Assembly (NCBI GenBank): GCA_031368215.1
Contig: JANLRD010000171.1
Span: 13,933 to 77,932 of the forward strand
Direction: 5' to 3'
From: Acidimicrobiia bacterium
Lineage (GTDB): Bacteria > Actinomycetota > Acidimicrobiia > Acidimicrobiales > JANYDT01
DNA: 64,000 bases
The first letter of the stretch is position 1. Each line of letters opens with the position of its first letter. The notes beneath the pieces are model-generated. The model saw nothing but the letters and a program-made list of their open reading frames with translations, was not told where the DNA came from and ran no database searches. Below, one piece after another: positions 8,453-17,802 of this stretch. The position numbers and the translations under genes are program-made.

Positions 8453-10642
8453 GTGCAGGCGACCGCTGAAGACCTGCGATCGATCGCGTTGTTCCGTGGG
8501 CTCGATGACTCCATCCTCGCGGAACTGGCCGAAGCGATGTCGACGAGGCATCTCCGAACGGGCGACTGGCTTGCTCCACCCGACGACTCGTTGCCGGGGC
8601 TCAGCGTGGTTCTTGCCGGCGCGCTCGATGTGTTTGCGACGCGTGTCGAGGGCTCGGTTGCACAAGATGTGATCTCGATCGGCGGTTCTTGTGGTTCGTG
8701 GACACTCCTCGGTGGTGGAACGCGTTTGGGAGAGATCCGCGCCACCTTTGATGTGCCGACGACGACGCTCGGTGAACTGCGGAGTGACTCTTTCGAGACG
8801 ATCGCCAACCGGCATCCCGGCGTTCGTGATGTCGTGCTTCGTAACGCCACCATGGAGTTTCGCGACTTCGAGCTCACGCGTGCCGTCCGCAGTGGTTGGG
8901 GCATCGTCGACCCCGAAGCCATCGCCTCTTTGGCGAAGGTTGGCGTCATCCGCGACGTCGCGGCGGGTGAGGTCCTCGTCCGGAAGGGCGACCCGGCGAA
9001 GTCTGCCTATCTCGTGTTATCGGGTAGCTTCCAGGTCACGGGACACTCCGATGACACGTCGGCCGCGAAGGAGCCGACGCTCCCCATGCTGGGCACCGGT
9101 CAGCTCGTCGGAGAGCGGGCCCTGCTGAGAGACGGCGTCCGCAGTGCAACGCTTACTGCGATGCGGGCGTCGCGCGTCGCTGAGTTCGAGACTGGGGCGT
9201 TCCTCGAGATGTGCCGCGCCCATCCGGAGGTGCTGTTGCGGACCGTCGGCGAGTTCATGCGCAGACTGGACTCGAGAGCGCGACCAGAGGCGCCAACGGG
9301 TCATCGGATCGCGCTGGTGGGCGACGGCGTCGCAGACGTGAGCGCATTCGCGAAGCGACTGGCCGCGTCGTTTCCTGAACCGATAGCGGTCATCGACGCG
9401 CAAGAAGCCAGCGCCGCGGTCGGATTGTGCGACGACCTCTCCGACGCTGCCGCGGAGCTGAACCTTCGGCGTCTCGGCGCGTGGCTCGATCGTCGTACCG
9501 AGCAGTCCCCGTGGCTCCTCCTCGTCGCCGATCCCCGGGACCGCCGCTGGACCGCAGCGTGCCTATCCCATGGTGATCATGTCGTCGCGCTGGTCGAGAA
9601 GTCGGGCACGATTCCGAATCGCCATCCGGTGTGGCCGGCTGACGCGCCGACTCTGCAACCGACAACGCTCGTGCTTCTGCATCCGACGTCGACCCGTCTT
9701 CCGAGCGGTACGGCTGGCGTGCTTCGACAATTCCCGGCAAACGCCCACCTGCATGTGCGCATCGACCGCGACGATGATGTCGGCCGAGTCGCTCGCATGC
9801 TCGCCGGCGTTCCCTACTGTCTCGTGCTCTCCGGCGGCGGGGCCCGCGGCTTCGCCCACCTCGGTGCCGTTCAGGCCATGCGCGAGCTCGGCATTCCGTG
9901 CGACGTCGTCGGTGGGACGAGCATCGGCGCCGTCATGGCCGCCTACCAGGGCATGGACCTGAGCATCGAGGAGCAAATCAGCCAGACGGAGGCTGACTTC
10001 AAGGGACTGATGGATTACACGTTGCCGGTGGTCTCACTTCTCAAGGGACGGCGCACCAGTGAACGGATTCAGCGTCACGCGGGCGACCACACCATCGAGG
10101 ACCTCTGGATCCCGTACTTCTGCATCTCGACGAACCTCTCGACCAACAACATGAAGATCCACGATCGCGGATCGATCGCCACCGCCGTTCGGGCGAGCCT
10201 CGCGCTGCCCGGCGTGTTTCCGCCCGTGCACGATGGAGAGCACTTCCTCATCGACGGCGGAGTGCTCAACAACTTCCCTCTCGACGTGATGCGCGCTCGT
10301 AATCCGTTCGGGAAGGTGATCGCAGTCGATGTCGCCGCCAACGTGTTGCTGGAGGCTGTCGGGAACTTCGGCCTCCAGCTCTCGGGTTGGCGCGCTGCAG
10401 TGTCCATGCTGCGACGAAAACCGCTCGCACCGAGCATCGCCACGACACTCGTGCGGACCTCCATGATCGGCTCGGCACGAGATCACGATCGCTACCTCCA
10501 GCTGCGCTTCGCCGATGTCCATATCGAACTCGTCCTCAAGGAAACCGGCCTGCTCGACTTCGGAGGCGTCCGCCCCATTGCCGAGTACGGCTACCGAGGA
10601 TCGAGGCCGCAACTCGCTTCGTGGTGGGAGCAGAGACACTAA
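8453..10642 (+). CDS. Patatin-like phospholipase (NTE family) with two N-terminal cNMP-binding domains (Rv2565-like)
   Basis: The second CAP_ED domain has GQLVGERALLRDGVRSATLTA. Patatin motifs are SGGGARGFAHLG (oxyanion hole), GTSIGA (GxSxG) and DGGVLNNFP (catalytic Asp). GTG start 4 nt after the upstream stop. Confidence 0.85.
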   Translation: MQATAEDLRSIALFRGLDDSILAELAEAMSTRHLRTGDWLAPPDDSLPGLSVVLAGALDVFATRVEGSVAQDVISIGGSCGSWTLLGGGTRLGEIRATFDVPTTTLGELRSDSFETIANRHPGVRDVVLRNATMEFRDFELTRAVRSGWGIVDPEAIASLAKVGVIRDVAAGEVLVRKGDPAKSAYLVLSGSFQVTGHSDDTSAAKEPTLPMLGTGQLVGERALLRDGVRSATLTAMRASRVAEFETGAFLEMCRAHPEVLLRTVGEFMRRLDSRARPEAPTGHRIALVGDGVADVSAFAKRLAASFPEPIAVIDAQEASAAVGLCDDLSDAAAELNLRRLGAWLDRRTEQSPWLLLVADPRDRRWTAACLSHGDHVVALVEKSGTIPNRHPVWPADAPTLQPTTLVLLHPTSTRLPSGTAGVLRQFPANAHLHVRIDRDDDVGRVARMLAGVPYCLVLSGGGARGFAHLGAVQAMRELGIPCDVVGGTSIGAVMAAYQGMDLSIEEQISQTEADFKGLMDYTLPVVSLLKGRRTSERIQRHAGDHTIEDLWIPYFCISTNLSTNNMKIHDRGSIATAVRASLALPGVFPPVHDGEHFLIDGGVLNNFPLDVMRARNPFGKVIAVDVAANVLLEAVGNFGLQLSGWRAAVSMLRRKPLAPSIATTLVRTSMIGSARDHDRYLQLRFADVHIELVLKETGLLDFGGVRPIAEYGYRGSRPQLASWWEQRH

Positions 10643-12372
10643 GGCAATGCGTCGATGGTGACGGTGCCGTCGTGACCGTTCACCGTGATCGTGGCTCCGG
10701 TGGGGATGCGTCGGGTGGCATCGGCGATCGCCGGCACACAGGGAATGCCGAGCTCTCTACTCACGATCACCGCGTGCGTGGCGACCGAGCCGACGTTGAC
10801 AACCACGGCAGCAGCTGCGAGGAATAGCGGCGTCCACGAAGGATCGGTGTTCGGAGCGATCAGGATGTCACCAACCTCGAGCGCGGTCGGGTCGTCGACG
10901 TCGAGCAATACCCGAGCAGTGCCGGTGACCACACCGGGAGAACCAGCCACTCCCTTCAGTACGTCACCGACGGCGACGGGCGAGGTGATGAGGTCGGCGC
11001 GTCGTACCCAATCGGTGAGCGGAGGAGCGGCACCATCGACGATGTACGGCGGCTCCAGTTCGTACAGCGCGAGATAGTCGGCCTCCCGCTCGGCGAGCAT
11101 TGATGTGAACGCGTGTGGGTTGGCGAAGAAGTCATCCAGTTCGACCTCGACGAGCATGTAGATCTGTTTCGGGTGGGCAAGGTGACCGGCAGCCACCATC
11201 CGTCGGCCGAGCTCGTCGAAGCACATGCGCATCTCATGAAGCGCACGAATGTTGTTGGTCTTGGACCGCTCCCGGGCGACCATGAAGACCATGGCAGAGT
11301 GCAGCCCGGTCGAGAGCATGTCGAGCGCCTCGGCGTTCCCCGACAACGAATTCCGGAGTCGGGCGAAGAGGCGCTCACGTTCCTCGGCACCTCGGCGCTC
11401 ACCGGCGCGCGGATCGGCGGCGTCATCATTGCCGCGGAGCCGATCGATCGCCGACAGCAAGAGTGAAGGCTTGGTCTCATACGAGGAGCTGTAGAGATCC
11501 CACTCGTTGGGGCCGCGGGAACCATTTCGATACATGAAGTCGGCGGCGGCGGCGGCGAAGGCCGCGGCGGCGGGTTCGGTGCTCGACCGGACACGTTCCA
11601 GCAGTCCATCGACTCCTTGATCGAACAACGCGGTGAGAACCGACGAACGTCGGGCCTGACGCGACAGGTCCCAGATGGAGTTGGCGATGTCGGCAGAGTC
11701 CACGTCGCCGAATCCCGACAGCAGCGAGGTCACCATCGTCGGATCGATCTCGGCGGTCAGTGCGGCAAGAATGCCGGGCCCGACCGACGCCCCGAGCGAT
11801 GCCCACACGTGCTGGGTGAACATCGCTACCAGATGGCGTTGCACCGACCTCGCCCGGCCGAGGAGTTGCGCGGTGGTGAGGGCCGAGAGATCCGGACGGC
11901 TGTCGCGCAGAGCCTTGGCGTCGCGCTTCTGGCGCTCGATTTCCGGAACGACGGGCGTCGACATGATCCACGCCATCTGCTTGCCGAGCAGTTCGGTGTG
12001 ACGCGGTGAGGTGTGCCAGTCACGCTCCTCGTACGGTGGAATCGCTGACGGATCATCGAAGTAGGCATTGTCGACCGCCTGCCATCCGGCGCCCGAGCGC
12101 ACACCGAACAGACGGGCCTGGGTCAAGGAGTTGTAGAAGTAGCCACCGAAGAGCCCGAAGGTCTCGGGTTTCTCGGAGCTGTACTCGTCCGCGTCGAACA
12201 CGCCCAGCTGGACGAAGCCATCGCGACAACCGAGCACGATGCCGCTCTCCCATGCAAACGTCCAGCCCAACGGACTTACCGGGTCGGACAGAACCTCGCC
12301 GGCGTTGCCGCGCGTGTAGTTGGGAAATCGGTCGGTGGGAACCCGGTCGGCAATCCAGCGTGAGCCCAACAT
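10639..12372 (-). CDS. PEP-utilising enzyme family protein (central domain + C-terminal swivel phospho-His domain, no ATP-grasp domain)
   Basis: The C-terminus GSPGVVTGTARVL...GDILIAPNTDPSWTPLFLAAAAVVVNVGSVATHAVIVSRELGIPCV is the PEP-utilising mobile domain. Confidence 0.7.
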   Translation of the reverse strand: MLGSRWIADRVPTDRFPNYTRGNAGEVLSDPVSPLGWTFAWESGIVLGCRDGFVQLGVFDADEYSSEKPETFGLFGGYFYNSLTQARLFGVRSGAGWQAVDNAYFDDPSAIPPYEERDWHTSPRHTELLGKQMAWIMSTPVVPEIERQKRDAKALRDSRPDLSALTTAQLLGRARSVQRHLVAMFTQHVWASLGASVGPGILAALTAEIDPTMVTSLLSGFGDVDSADIANSIWDLSRQARRSSVLTALFDQGVDGLLERVRSSTEPAAAAFAAAAADFMYRNGSRGPNEWDLYSSSYETKPSLLLSAIDRLRGNDDAADPRAGERRGAEERERLFARLRNSLSGNAEALDMLSTGLHSAMVFMVARERSKTNNIRALHEMRMCFDELGRRMVAAGHLAHPKQIYMLVEVELDDFFANPHAFTSMLAEREADYLALYELEPPYIVDGAAPPLTDWVRRADLITSPVAVGDVLKGVAGSPGVVTGTARVLLDVDDPTALEVGDILIAPNTDPSWTPLFLAAAAVVVNVGSVATHAVIVSRELGIPCVPAIADATRRIPTGATITVNGHDGTVTIDALP

Positions 12373-12468
12373 GATTCGAGATACCCCCTCGCGTTCTCCT
12401 GCACCAGACAGTGAGCGCGTCAGAACATACGTCGAAACGATGTCTCCGCGCCGGGCGACGCGGAAAGC

Positions 12469-13578
12469 TCAGGCGTCGAGTTCGCTCAGCATCTCCGTCG
12501 AACGATGGTCGACGACCGCTTGGAAATGGCGGCTGGCGAGCGTGTCTACCAGCGCGAGTCCGCGCTCATTGGCGAGGTCGAAGGTGGCTCCGACGAGCAC
12601 GGCGGTGGAGCAACTCGTGAGGTGACCGAATCGGTAGTCGTGCCACAGCTGCTCGAACGAGTAGTCGGTCACGCCACGCTGCACGATGCGGTCGTGGTAC
12701 GCCTGCACCAGCGATGCCTCGTGCCCCCGACGGTCCTCGACCGTCAGCGAGCCTCCGAGGAAGTAGCAGAGGTCGTAGATGCCGGGACCGCGGCCGATGC
12801 CCTGCCAGTCGATGACGACAACGGGCTCCGCGCTGCCGGCATCGAAGAACAGGTTGTCGACGCGGTAGTCCTGATGCAGGAGGGTCCACGGCCACTGGGA
12901 GATCTTCTGCATCACGCCCCAGTAGTTGGAGGCGATGAGCTCTCCCGCCTCGGCCCCACCCTCGGGCAGCGACGAAGCGAACTTGGAGTTGAACCCTGCC
13001 CACAGCGCCGGCCACATCTGCGCGAGGCCCTCGATGCGCGCGTGCACCACACTGGGCACCCACTCCATCGCCGGCGTCTGCACCTTGCCCCACCAACACG
13101 AGTGCAGGTCGGCCATGGTCTTCACCGCGTCACGAGCCTGCTGCGGGCTCACGCCCTCGACCTGGTCGCCCATCACCAAGTGACCGAGGTCTTCCATCAC
13201 GACGACGAACTCGGCCGTTCCGCTGACGATGTCGGCCAGGAACACCCGCGGCGTGCGCACCGTTGTGTTGGCGTCGAGCTCGCGCATGAAGCGGATCTCG
13301 GCCTCGTACATGCCCAGCCCCACGCCCTGGGCGCGGTTCTCCTCGAACGGCGACGGCGACTTCACGATCACGCTCGCCGGCGCGGCGCCGCGGTCACCCG
13401 CGTAGGAGAGACGGATGCGGGCCAACTCGCCCATCACCCCGACCCCGGCGCCCAGCGGTTCGATCTCGATCAAAGAAACTGATGACGGACCAGGAAGAGC
13501 CCCCGATAGGTGCAGCACCTCGGTCATCCACTCGGCGGTAACGGCGGCGGGGTTGGCGGGAATGCTGAGCGCGGACAT
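12469..13578 (-). CDS. Phosphotransferase (APH/CHK kinase-like) family protein
   Basis: LLHQDYRVDNLFFD (catalytic loop HxDxxxxN) and VVIDWQGIGRGPGIYDL (the DW/DxD region) are typical of the aminoglycoside/choline kinase-like fold. Confidence 0.7.
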   Translation of the reverse strand: MSALSIPANPAAVTAEWMTEVLHLSGALPGPSSVSLIEIEPLGAGVGVMGELARIRLSYAGDRGAAPASVIVKSPSPFEENRAQGVGLGMYEAEIRFMRELDANTTVRTPRVFLADIVSGTAEFVVVMEDLGHLVMGDQVEGVSPQQARDAVKTMADLHSCWWGKVQTPAMEWVPSVVHARIEGLAQMWPALWAGFNSKFASSLPEGGAEAGELIASNYWGVMQKISQWPWTLLHQDYRVDNLFFDAGSAEPVVVIDWQGIGRGPGIYDLCYFLGGSLTVEDRRGHEASLVQAYHDRIVQRGVTDYSFEQLWHDYRFGHLTSCSTAVLVGATFDLANERGLALVDTLASRHFQAVVDHRSTEMLSELDA

Positions 13579-13630
13579 TCGAACGAGCTTAGGAGGGCAC
13601 CTCGCACGGACCCAAGAGGGGCGCCGGCCG

Positions 13631-14152
13631 TCAGACGCGGGTCGTGGTCGAACCGGCGGGGGAGTTCCGGAACATGTTCTCGGCGTCGAAGCCGATCCGA
13701 GTGTCGGGAACGATCTCGATCACGACACGACCGGGAGTATCGAGATGGTGGACGAAGGCCTTCTGCTGGTCGGTGCTTCCGGGCCGGACCTTCGCCGCGA
13801 GGGTCGGATAGAACCACGCCTTCGTGGCTTCGTCATCATGCACGATCGCGTTCCCTTTGTAGGTCACCGTCTGGCTGACGCCGATGTCCGTTCCCCGGCT
13901 CGAGACGGCGATCGCCACCCGTGGCCGAGCCTCGACCGCCGGGACACGCTTGCGCCGTCTGGTGCACGTGAGCCAGAACCGCCCATCATGGGCGACGAAG
14001 TTCATGATGACGCCGACCGGATCACCGTCCTTGGTCGACCACATGAAGCAGCACTCCGTCTGCGTGCCGAGGAGTCGCTGCTCACGTCGATCGTCGAGTG
14101 AGAACGTCGAGACGTCTTCATAGGAATCGGTGTAGGTCTCGTCGTCACTCAT
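13631..14152 (-). CDS. Pyridoxamine 5'-phosphate oxidase (PPOX)-like / F420-dependent-like small flavoprotein
   Basis: The C-terminal 173 aa of track ORF 13631..15229 start at MSDDETY. The remainder of that ORF is antisense to the Rieske gene. PPOX-like split-barrel pattern (GVIMNFVAHDGRFWLTC...). Confidence 0.6.
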   Translation of the reverse strand: MSDDETYTDSYEDVSTFSLDDRREQRLLGTQTECCFMWSTKDGDPVGVIMNFVAHDGRFWLTCTRRRKRVPAVEARPRVAIAVSSRGTDIGVSQTVTYKGNAIVHDDEATKAWFYPTLAAKVRPGSTDQQKAFVHHLDTPGRVVIEIVPDTRIGFDAENMFRNSPAGSTTTRV

Positions 14153-14227
14153 GAGCGATGAGTCTCCCCTGTCAACGGCTTCAGCGCCACGTCGGCAGTT
14201 CCTCTGCCGAGCGGCCACAATGCTTCC

Positions 14228-15253
14228 ATGAGTCCATCGCCCGGCAACGACCGCTGGTTCACGAACGAGCACCCGGCGCTGCTTCGGTGCTGGCACCCTG
14301 TCGCCCGAAGCGCCGACGTCGGCGAATCGCCCGTGGCAGTGGAACTCCTCGGAGAGCATTGGTGCGTGGTTCGGCTGAACGGACTGCTGACCGCTCTGCC
14401 GGACCGCTGCCCCCACCGCTTCTCGCCACTGTCGGCCGGCCGTGTCGTCGAGGGAACCCTCGAATGCGCTTACCACGGGTATCGCTTCGGACCCGATGGG
14501 CACTGTGTCGAGATCCCGGCGCAGTCCCCATCGCTTCCGATCCCGCCGCGTGCGCATTGTCAGCCGGCCCACGGCGTGTGCGATCACCTCGGCCTCGTGT
14601 GGGTCGCCATCGAAGCGCCCGTCGTCGATCTCCCCGAGGTTCCCGAGCATCACGACCCCACCTTCGTGCACTGCCCGCTTCCCCCGCTCGACTGGCACGC
14701 CAGCGCCGCCCAGATGACCGACAACTTCCTCGACCAGGGTCACTTCCCGTTCCTCCACCTCGCAACGTTCGGCGCAGTGGACGATCGCGTCGTTCCCGAC
14801 TACGAACTGGAGCGACGCGGTCTGGGGTTCACGGTTCGCCACACCCACAAGACCAAAGCACTGGCCGACTCCCACCCGGGCGCAGCGCAAACCCGCATCA
14901 TCGAGCGCGAAGACCTCTTCGTCTACACAGCGCCCCACCACGTGTATCTCCGGATCAACTACAAGTCGGAGAACGCGGTGCTCACGATCAGCTTCTGCCA
15001 CCAACCGGTGAACGAAACGACCACGCGACTCTTCTGCACCGACTACCGCAACGACATCGCCGACACGGCGAACGAACGGCAGCAGACTGCCGACTTCCAG
15101 ATGGCCGTGGCGGCGGAGGACAGGGCCCTCCTCGAGCGTGTTCACCGAAAGGGCGTTCCGCTCGACGTGACGGCCGAAGTTCACACGAAGGCGGACCGCA
15201 TCACCTTGGAGATGCGCCGAATCCTTCATGAACTCGTCACGCTCCCGACCTGA
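14228..15253 (+). CDS. Rieske [2Fe-2S] non-haem iron oxygenase (VanA/Ndm/PaO-like)
   Basis: Rieske ligands CPHRF-x16-CAYHGY; mononuclear-iron motif DNFLDQGHFPFLH. Confidence 0.85.
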   Translation: MSPSPGNDRWFTNEHPALLRCWHPVARSADVGESPVAVELLGEHWCVVRLNGLLTALPDRCPHRFSPLSAGRVVEGTLECAYHGYRFGPDGHCVEIPAQSPSLPIPPRAHCQPAHGVCDHLGLVWVAIEAPVVDLPEVPEHHDPTFVHCPLPPLDWHASAAQMTDNFLDQGHFPFLHLATFGAVDDRVVPDYELERRGLGFTVRHTHKTKALADSHPGAAQTRIIEREDLFVYTAPHHVYLRINYKSENAVLTISFCHQPVNETTTRLFCTDYRNDIADTANERQQTADFQMAVAAEDRALLERVHRKGVPLDVTAEVHTKADRITLEMRRILHELVTLPT

Positions 15254-15767
15254 GCAGCTCCGGCAGATCGGTACGCTCTTGTTCCGGACGCCAAGTTACG
15301 TATCAGCAGCCGAAGGCGTCGAGACGGCACCCGACCTCTGCGAGCTGTTCACCATGAATCGCCTTGGCGAACCCGGGCTCGCCTCGCGGGATGACCTCGG
15401 TGATTCCTTCGACCAGTGGTCGGTCCCGAACGTCTGGCCCGACCGTCCGAGCGACCTGCGCGAGATCTGGTTGGAGTACTACGCAGCAATGGAGTCGCTC
15501 GCCGTCGACCTGATGCGACTGTTCGCCATCGCCCTCGGCATCGACGAGCACTTCTTCGACGACAAGATCGACAACCACATCACGAACCTGTGCGCGAACC
15601 ACTACCCACCGGTCATTGCGGAAGCGTTGCCGGGACAGTACCGCAAGGGCCCTCACAGTGACTGGGGCAGCCTTACCGTGCTCTTCCAGGACGACACCGG
15701 CGGACTCGAGGTCCTCGACCGACGGACCGGCGACTGGATCGGAAAGATCCAGGCTGCCTACTCGTGA
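15228..15767 (+). pseudogene. Remnant of a 2OG-Fe(II) oxygenase (IPNS-like), truncated at both ends
   Basis: It contains the middle of the fold (NVWPDRP...FFDDK...NHYPP...GPHSDWGSLTVLFQDDTGGLEVLD...GDWI). It lacks the DIOX_N part, which would lie under the Rieske gene 3' end. It stops before the second His / RxS region. Confidence 0.5.
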
Positions 15768-15827
15768 GTTACCGTCGAAAGGTACGTGCACGTAGTACAA
15801 GCGGCTGAGCATGCAACGCGGCAGCCA

Positions 15828-16700
15828 TCAGTGGACGCCCCGGACGAAGGGAACGGCGAGCGACGCCGGGGTCCGGCTGGCCCGAGCACGAAGCACCAGG
15901 GCAGCCAGCGTCACCACGTACGGCAGCGCCAGAAACACCTCATACGGGATATCCGTCTGTGTTCCCTGCAGACGTAGCTGCGACGCGTCGCACAGCCCGA
16001 AGAGGAACGCGCCAGCGACCGCCATGCCCGGTCGCCAACCGGCGAACACGACCAACGCCAACGCCACCCAACCGCGTCCGGCGGTGACATCGCGGATGAA
16101 CAGCCCGAGCGGGCCACACGTCAGCGCGGCGCCGCCGAGCCCGGCCAGACCGCCACCGATGGTTGCTGCGATCCAGCGAAGCCGAACGACGCGGTACCCG
16201 AGCGCATCGGCCGCTTCCGGTGACTCGCCGGTGGCGGCCATCGCCAAACCGATGGTGGTGCGCTGGAAAAGGAACCACAGCGCGAACACACACACGAGCG
16301 TCATCGCCACGAGCGGAGGCATGCCGAGCCGATCGACCCGCGGCGGCTTCTGGCCGATGGAGTACTTCAGCTGGAACAGGTAGGTCGTGCCCGATGACGC
16401 GAGCAGCGTGAAGGCGATGCCGGTGACGACCTGATTGGCACGGATCGTCACGACCGCAAGCGCGAGCAGCGCGCCGAACCCACACCCGACCGAGGTCCCG
16501 GCCAGCAGACCGACCCAGGGCGAGCCGCTGACCTCGTTGGCCATGTATCCGGCGAAGGCTCCCGACAACATCATTCCTTCGAGACCGAGGTTCAAGACCC
16601 CGGCACGTTCCGAGATCAGTGCGCCGAGCGCGGCAAGCGCCACCGGGATCGAGAGACGGATCGCCGCTTCCAGGGTCGCTATCTTGAGCAGTACGTCCAT
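15828..16700 (-). CDS. ABC transporter permease (BPD_transp_2, BMP/nucleoside-type importer)
   Basis: Polytopic membrane protein, ...ERAGVLNLGLEGMMLSGAF... Start set at MDVLLKI, 1 nt after the upstream stop. Confidence 0.8.
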   Translation of the reverse strand: MDVLLKIATLEAAIRLSIPVALAALGALISERAGVLNLGLEGMMLSGAFAGYMANEVSGSPWVGLLAGTSVGCGFGALLALAVVTIRANQVVTGIAFTLLASSGTTYLFQLKYSIGQKPPRVDRLGMPPLVAMTLVCVFALWFLFQRTTIGLAMAATGESPEAADALGYRVVRLRWIAATIGGGLAGLGGAALTCGPLGLFIRDVTAGRGWVALALVVFAGWRPGMAVAGAFLFGLCDASQLRLQGTQTDIPYEVFLALPYVVTLAALVLRARASRTPASLAVPFVRGVH

Positions 16701-16701
16701 G

Positions 16702-17802
16702 TCAGCGCCCTTCTCTTCCCCGATTGGCAAGTGCGTCGCCGATCACGACGAACACGACGATGAGCGCAGTGATCACGCCGACAAGGGTCGACGGCACATT
16801 GAGGACCCGTTGGGTGGACTCAAAACCGATCGTGAGGCCGGCCAGCCCGAGGGCGGCGACCGCGACACCGATCGGATGGAGTCGCCCGACCATGGCCACG
16901 ATGATGGCTTCGAAACCAAATCCGACCGACGCCGCGGCGCCAAGGCGTCCGGTTGACCCAGCCGTTTCCACCATGCCGGCGAGTCCCGCCAACGCGCCCG
17001 CAATCACCATCACCAACAGCACGATCTTCTTCTTGCTGACCTCGTTGGCGTCGAGCGCGTTCGGATTGAAGCCCGTCGCAATGACCCGGAACCCCCCACG
17101 GTGGCGCGCCATGAAGACGGCCGCAATCGGCACGAGGACCATGGCGATGGCAAAACCGATATGGGTGTGCGTTCCGGGGAGTCTGGGGAGTTGCGCCGCC
17201 AATAGTGGGCGACTGTTCGGAACGAACGAGTCCGGATCACGGATCCCCGTCCGCACCGCCCACTGCAGAACCGAACCCGCCACATAGACGAGCATCAGGC
17301 TGGAGATGACCACGTTGGCCCCGAACCGGACCTCGAGCCAACCCGCGAACGCGCTCCAGGCAGCACCCGCCAGCGCGGCGACGAGGAGACCGGTGACGAC
17401 GAGCGGAAATCCGGGCCACGTGCGTATCCCGCCTGCGGTCACCCAAGCGGTGCCGGCGATGGCGCCGATCAGGTACTGACCCTCGCCCCCGATGGTGAAC
17501 ACCCGGGCCCGATAGGCAATGGAATAGCCCAGCCCGATGAGAATCAGCGGCGTTGCCGCCGTCGCGGTGTCGGAGAGCCCTCGCTTGCCGACGAACACCG
17601 CGCGAAGGACCTCCCGGTACGCCGAGAACGCGTTCGTGCCGTCGAAGGCGATGAGCACGCCGCCGACCACGAGGGCAGCAGCCACGGCCGCTAGAGGCAC
17701 AGCGATCTGCGAAACGACGCCACCCGAAGTTGCCCGACGGCCCACGCCGGCGATGAAGCCGCCGGGCGGCGTGCCCGGATGCTCGGCCGTCACGGTGCTC
17801 AT
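16702..17802 (-). CDS. ABC transporter permease (BPD_transp_2)
   Basis: Polytopic membrane protein, ...RVFTIGGEGQYLIGAIAG... ATGA overlap with the upstream ATPase gene. Confidence 0.8.
   Translation of the reverse strand: MSTVTAEHPGTPPGGFIAGVGRRATSGGVVSQIAVPLAAVAAALVVGGVLIAFDGTNAFSAYREVLRAVFVGKRGLSDTATAATPLILIGLGYSIAYRARVFTIGGEGQYLIGAIAGTAWVTAGGIRTWPGFPLVVTGLLVAALAGAAWSAFAGWLEVRFGANVVISSLMLVYVAGSVLQWAVRTGIRDPDSFVPNSRPLLAAQLPRLPGTHTHIGFAIAMVLVPIAAVFMARHRGGFRVIATGFNPNALDANEVSKKKIVLLVMVIAGALAGLAGMVETAGSTGRLGAAASVGFGFEAIIVAMVGRLHPIGVAVAALGLAGLTIGFESTQRVLNVPSTLVGVITALIVVFVVIGDALANRGREGR

Noticed and set aside
8453-10642. Patatin phospholipase with nucleotide-sensing domains, considered as a CBASS-like antiphage effector (CapV-type).
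   Set aside because: No CD-NTase/cyclase, no other defence-type genes, and no mobile-element context nearby. The sensor is a classical CAP_ED domain rather than a CapV-type architecture. The operon is syntenic with the housekeeping-like Rv2563-Rv2565 cluster.
10639-12372. Rifampicin phosphotransferase (RPH) resistance gene call.
   Set aside because: The C-terminal swivel domain and a large middle domain are present, but the N-terminal ATP-grasp domain essential for RPH is missing. A resistance call from sequence alone is not justified.
12505-13482. Long ORFs on the strand opposite well-supported genes. Examples: 518..1468 (first part), 12505..13482, 14158..15231, 17537..18526, 18576..19655, 21537..22505, 24392..25444, 25185..26114, 27139..28077, 49524..50798, 50558..51526, 58663..60048 and 62715..63602.
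   Set aside because: Their translations are Arg/Pro/Gly/Ala-rich with no recognisable motifs. Each lies antisense to, or out of frame with, a gene that has clear family signatures. This is the usual shadow-ORF artefact of high-GC DNA.
15783-15794. 12-bp palindrome tacgtgcacgta between the convergent 2OG-oxygenase remnant and the ABC permease, considered as a bidirectional terminator or operator.
   Set aside because: It is too short (6-bp arms, no loop, no T-tract) to support either call.
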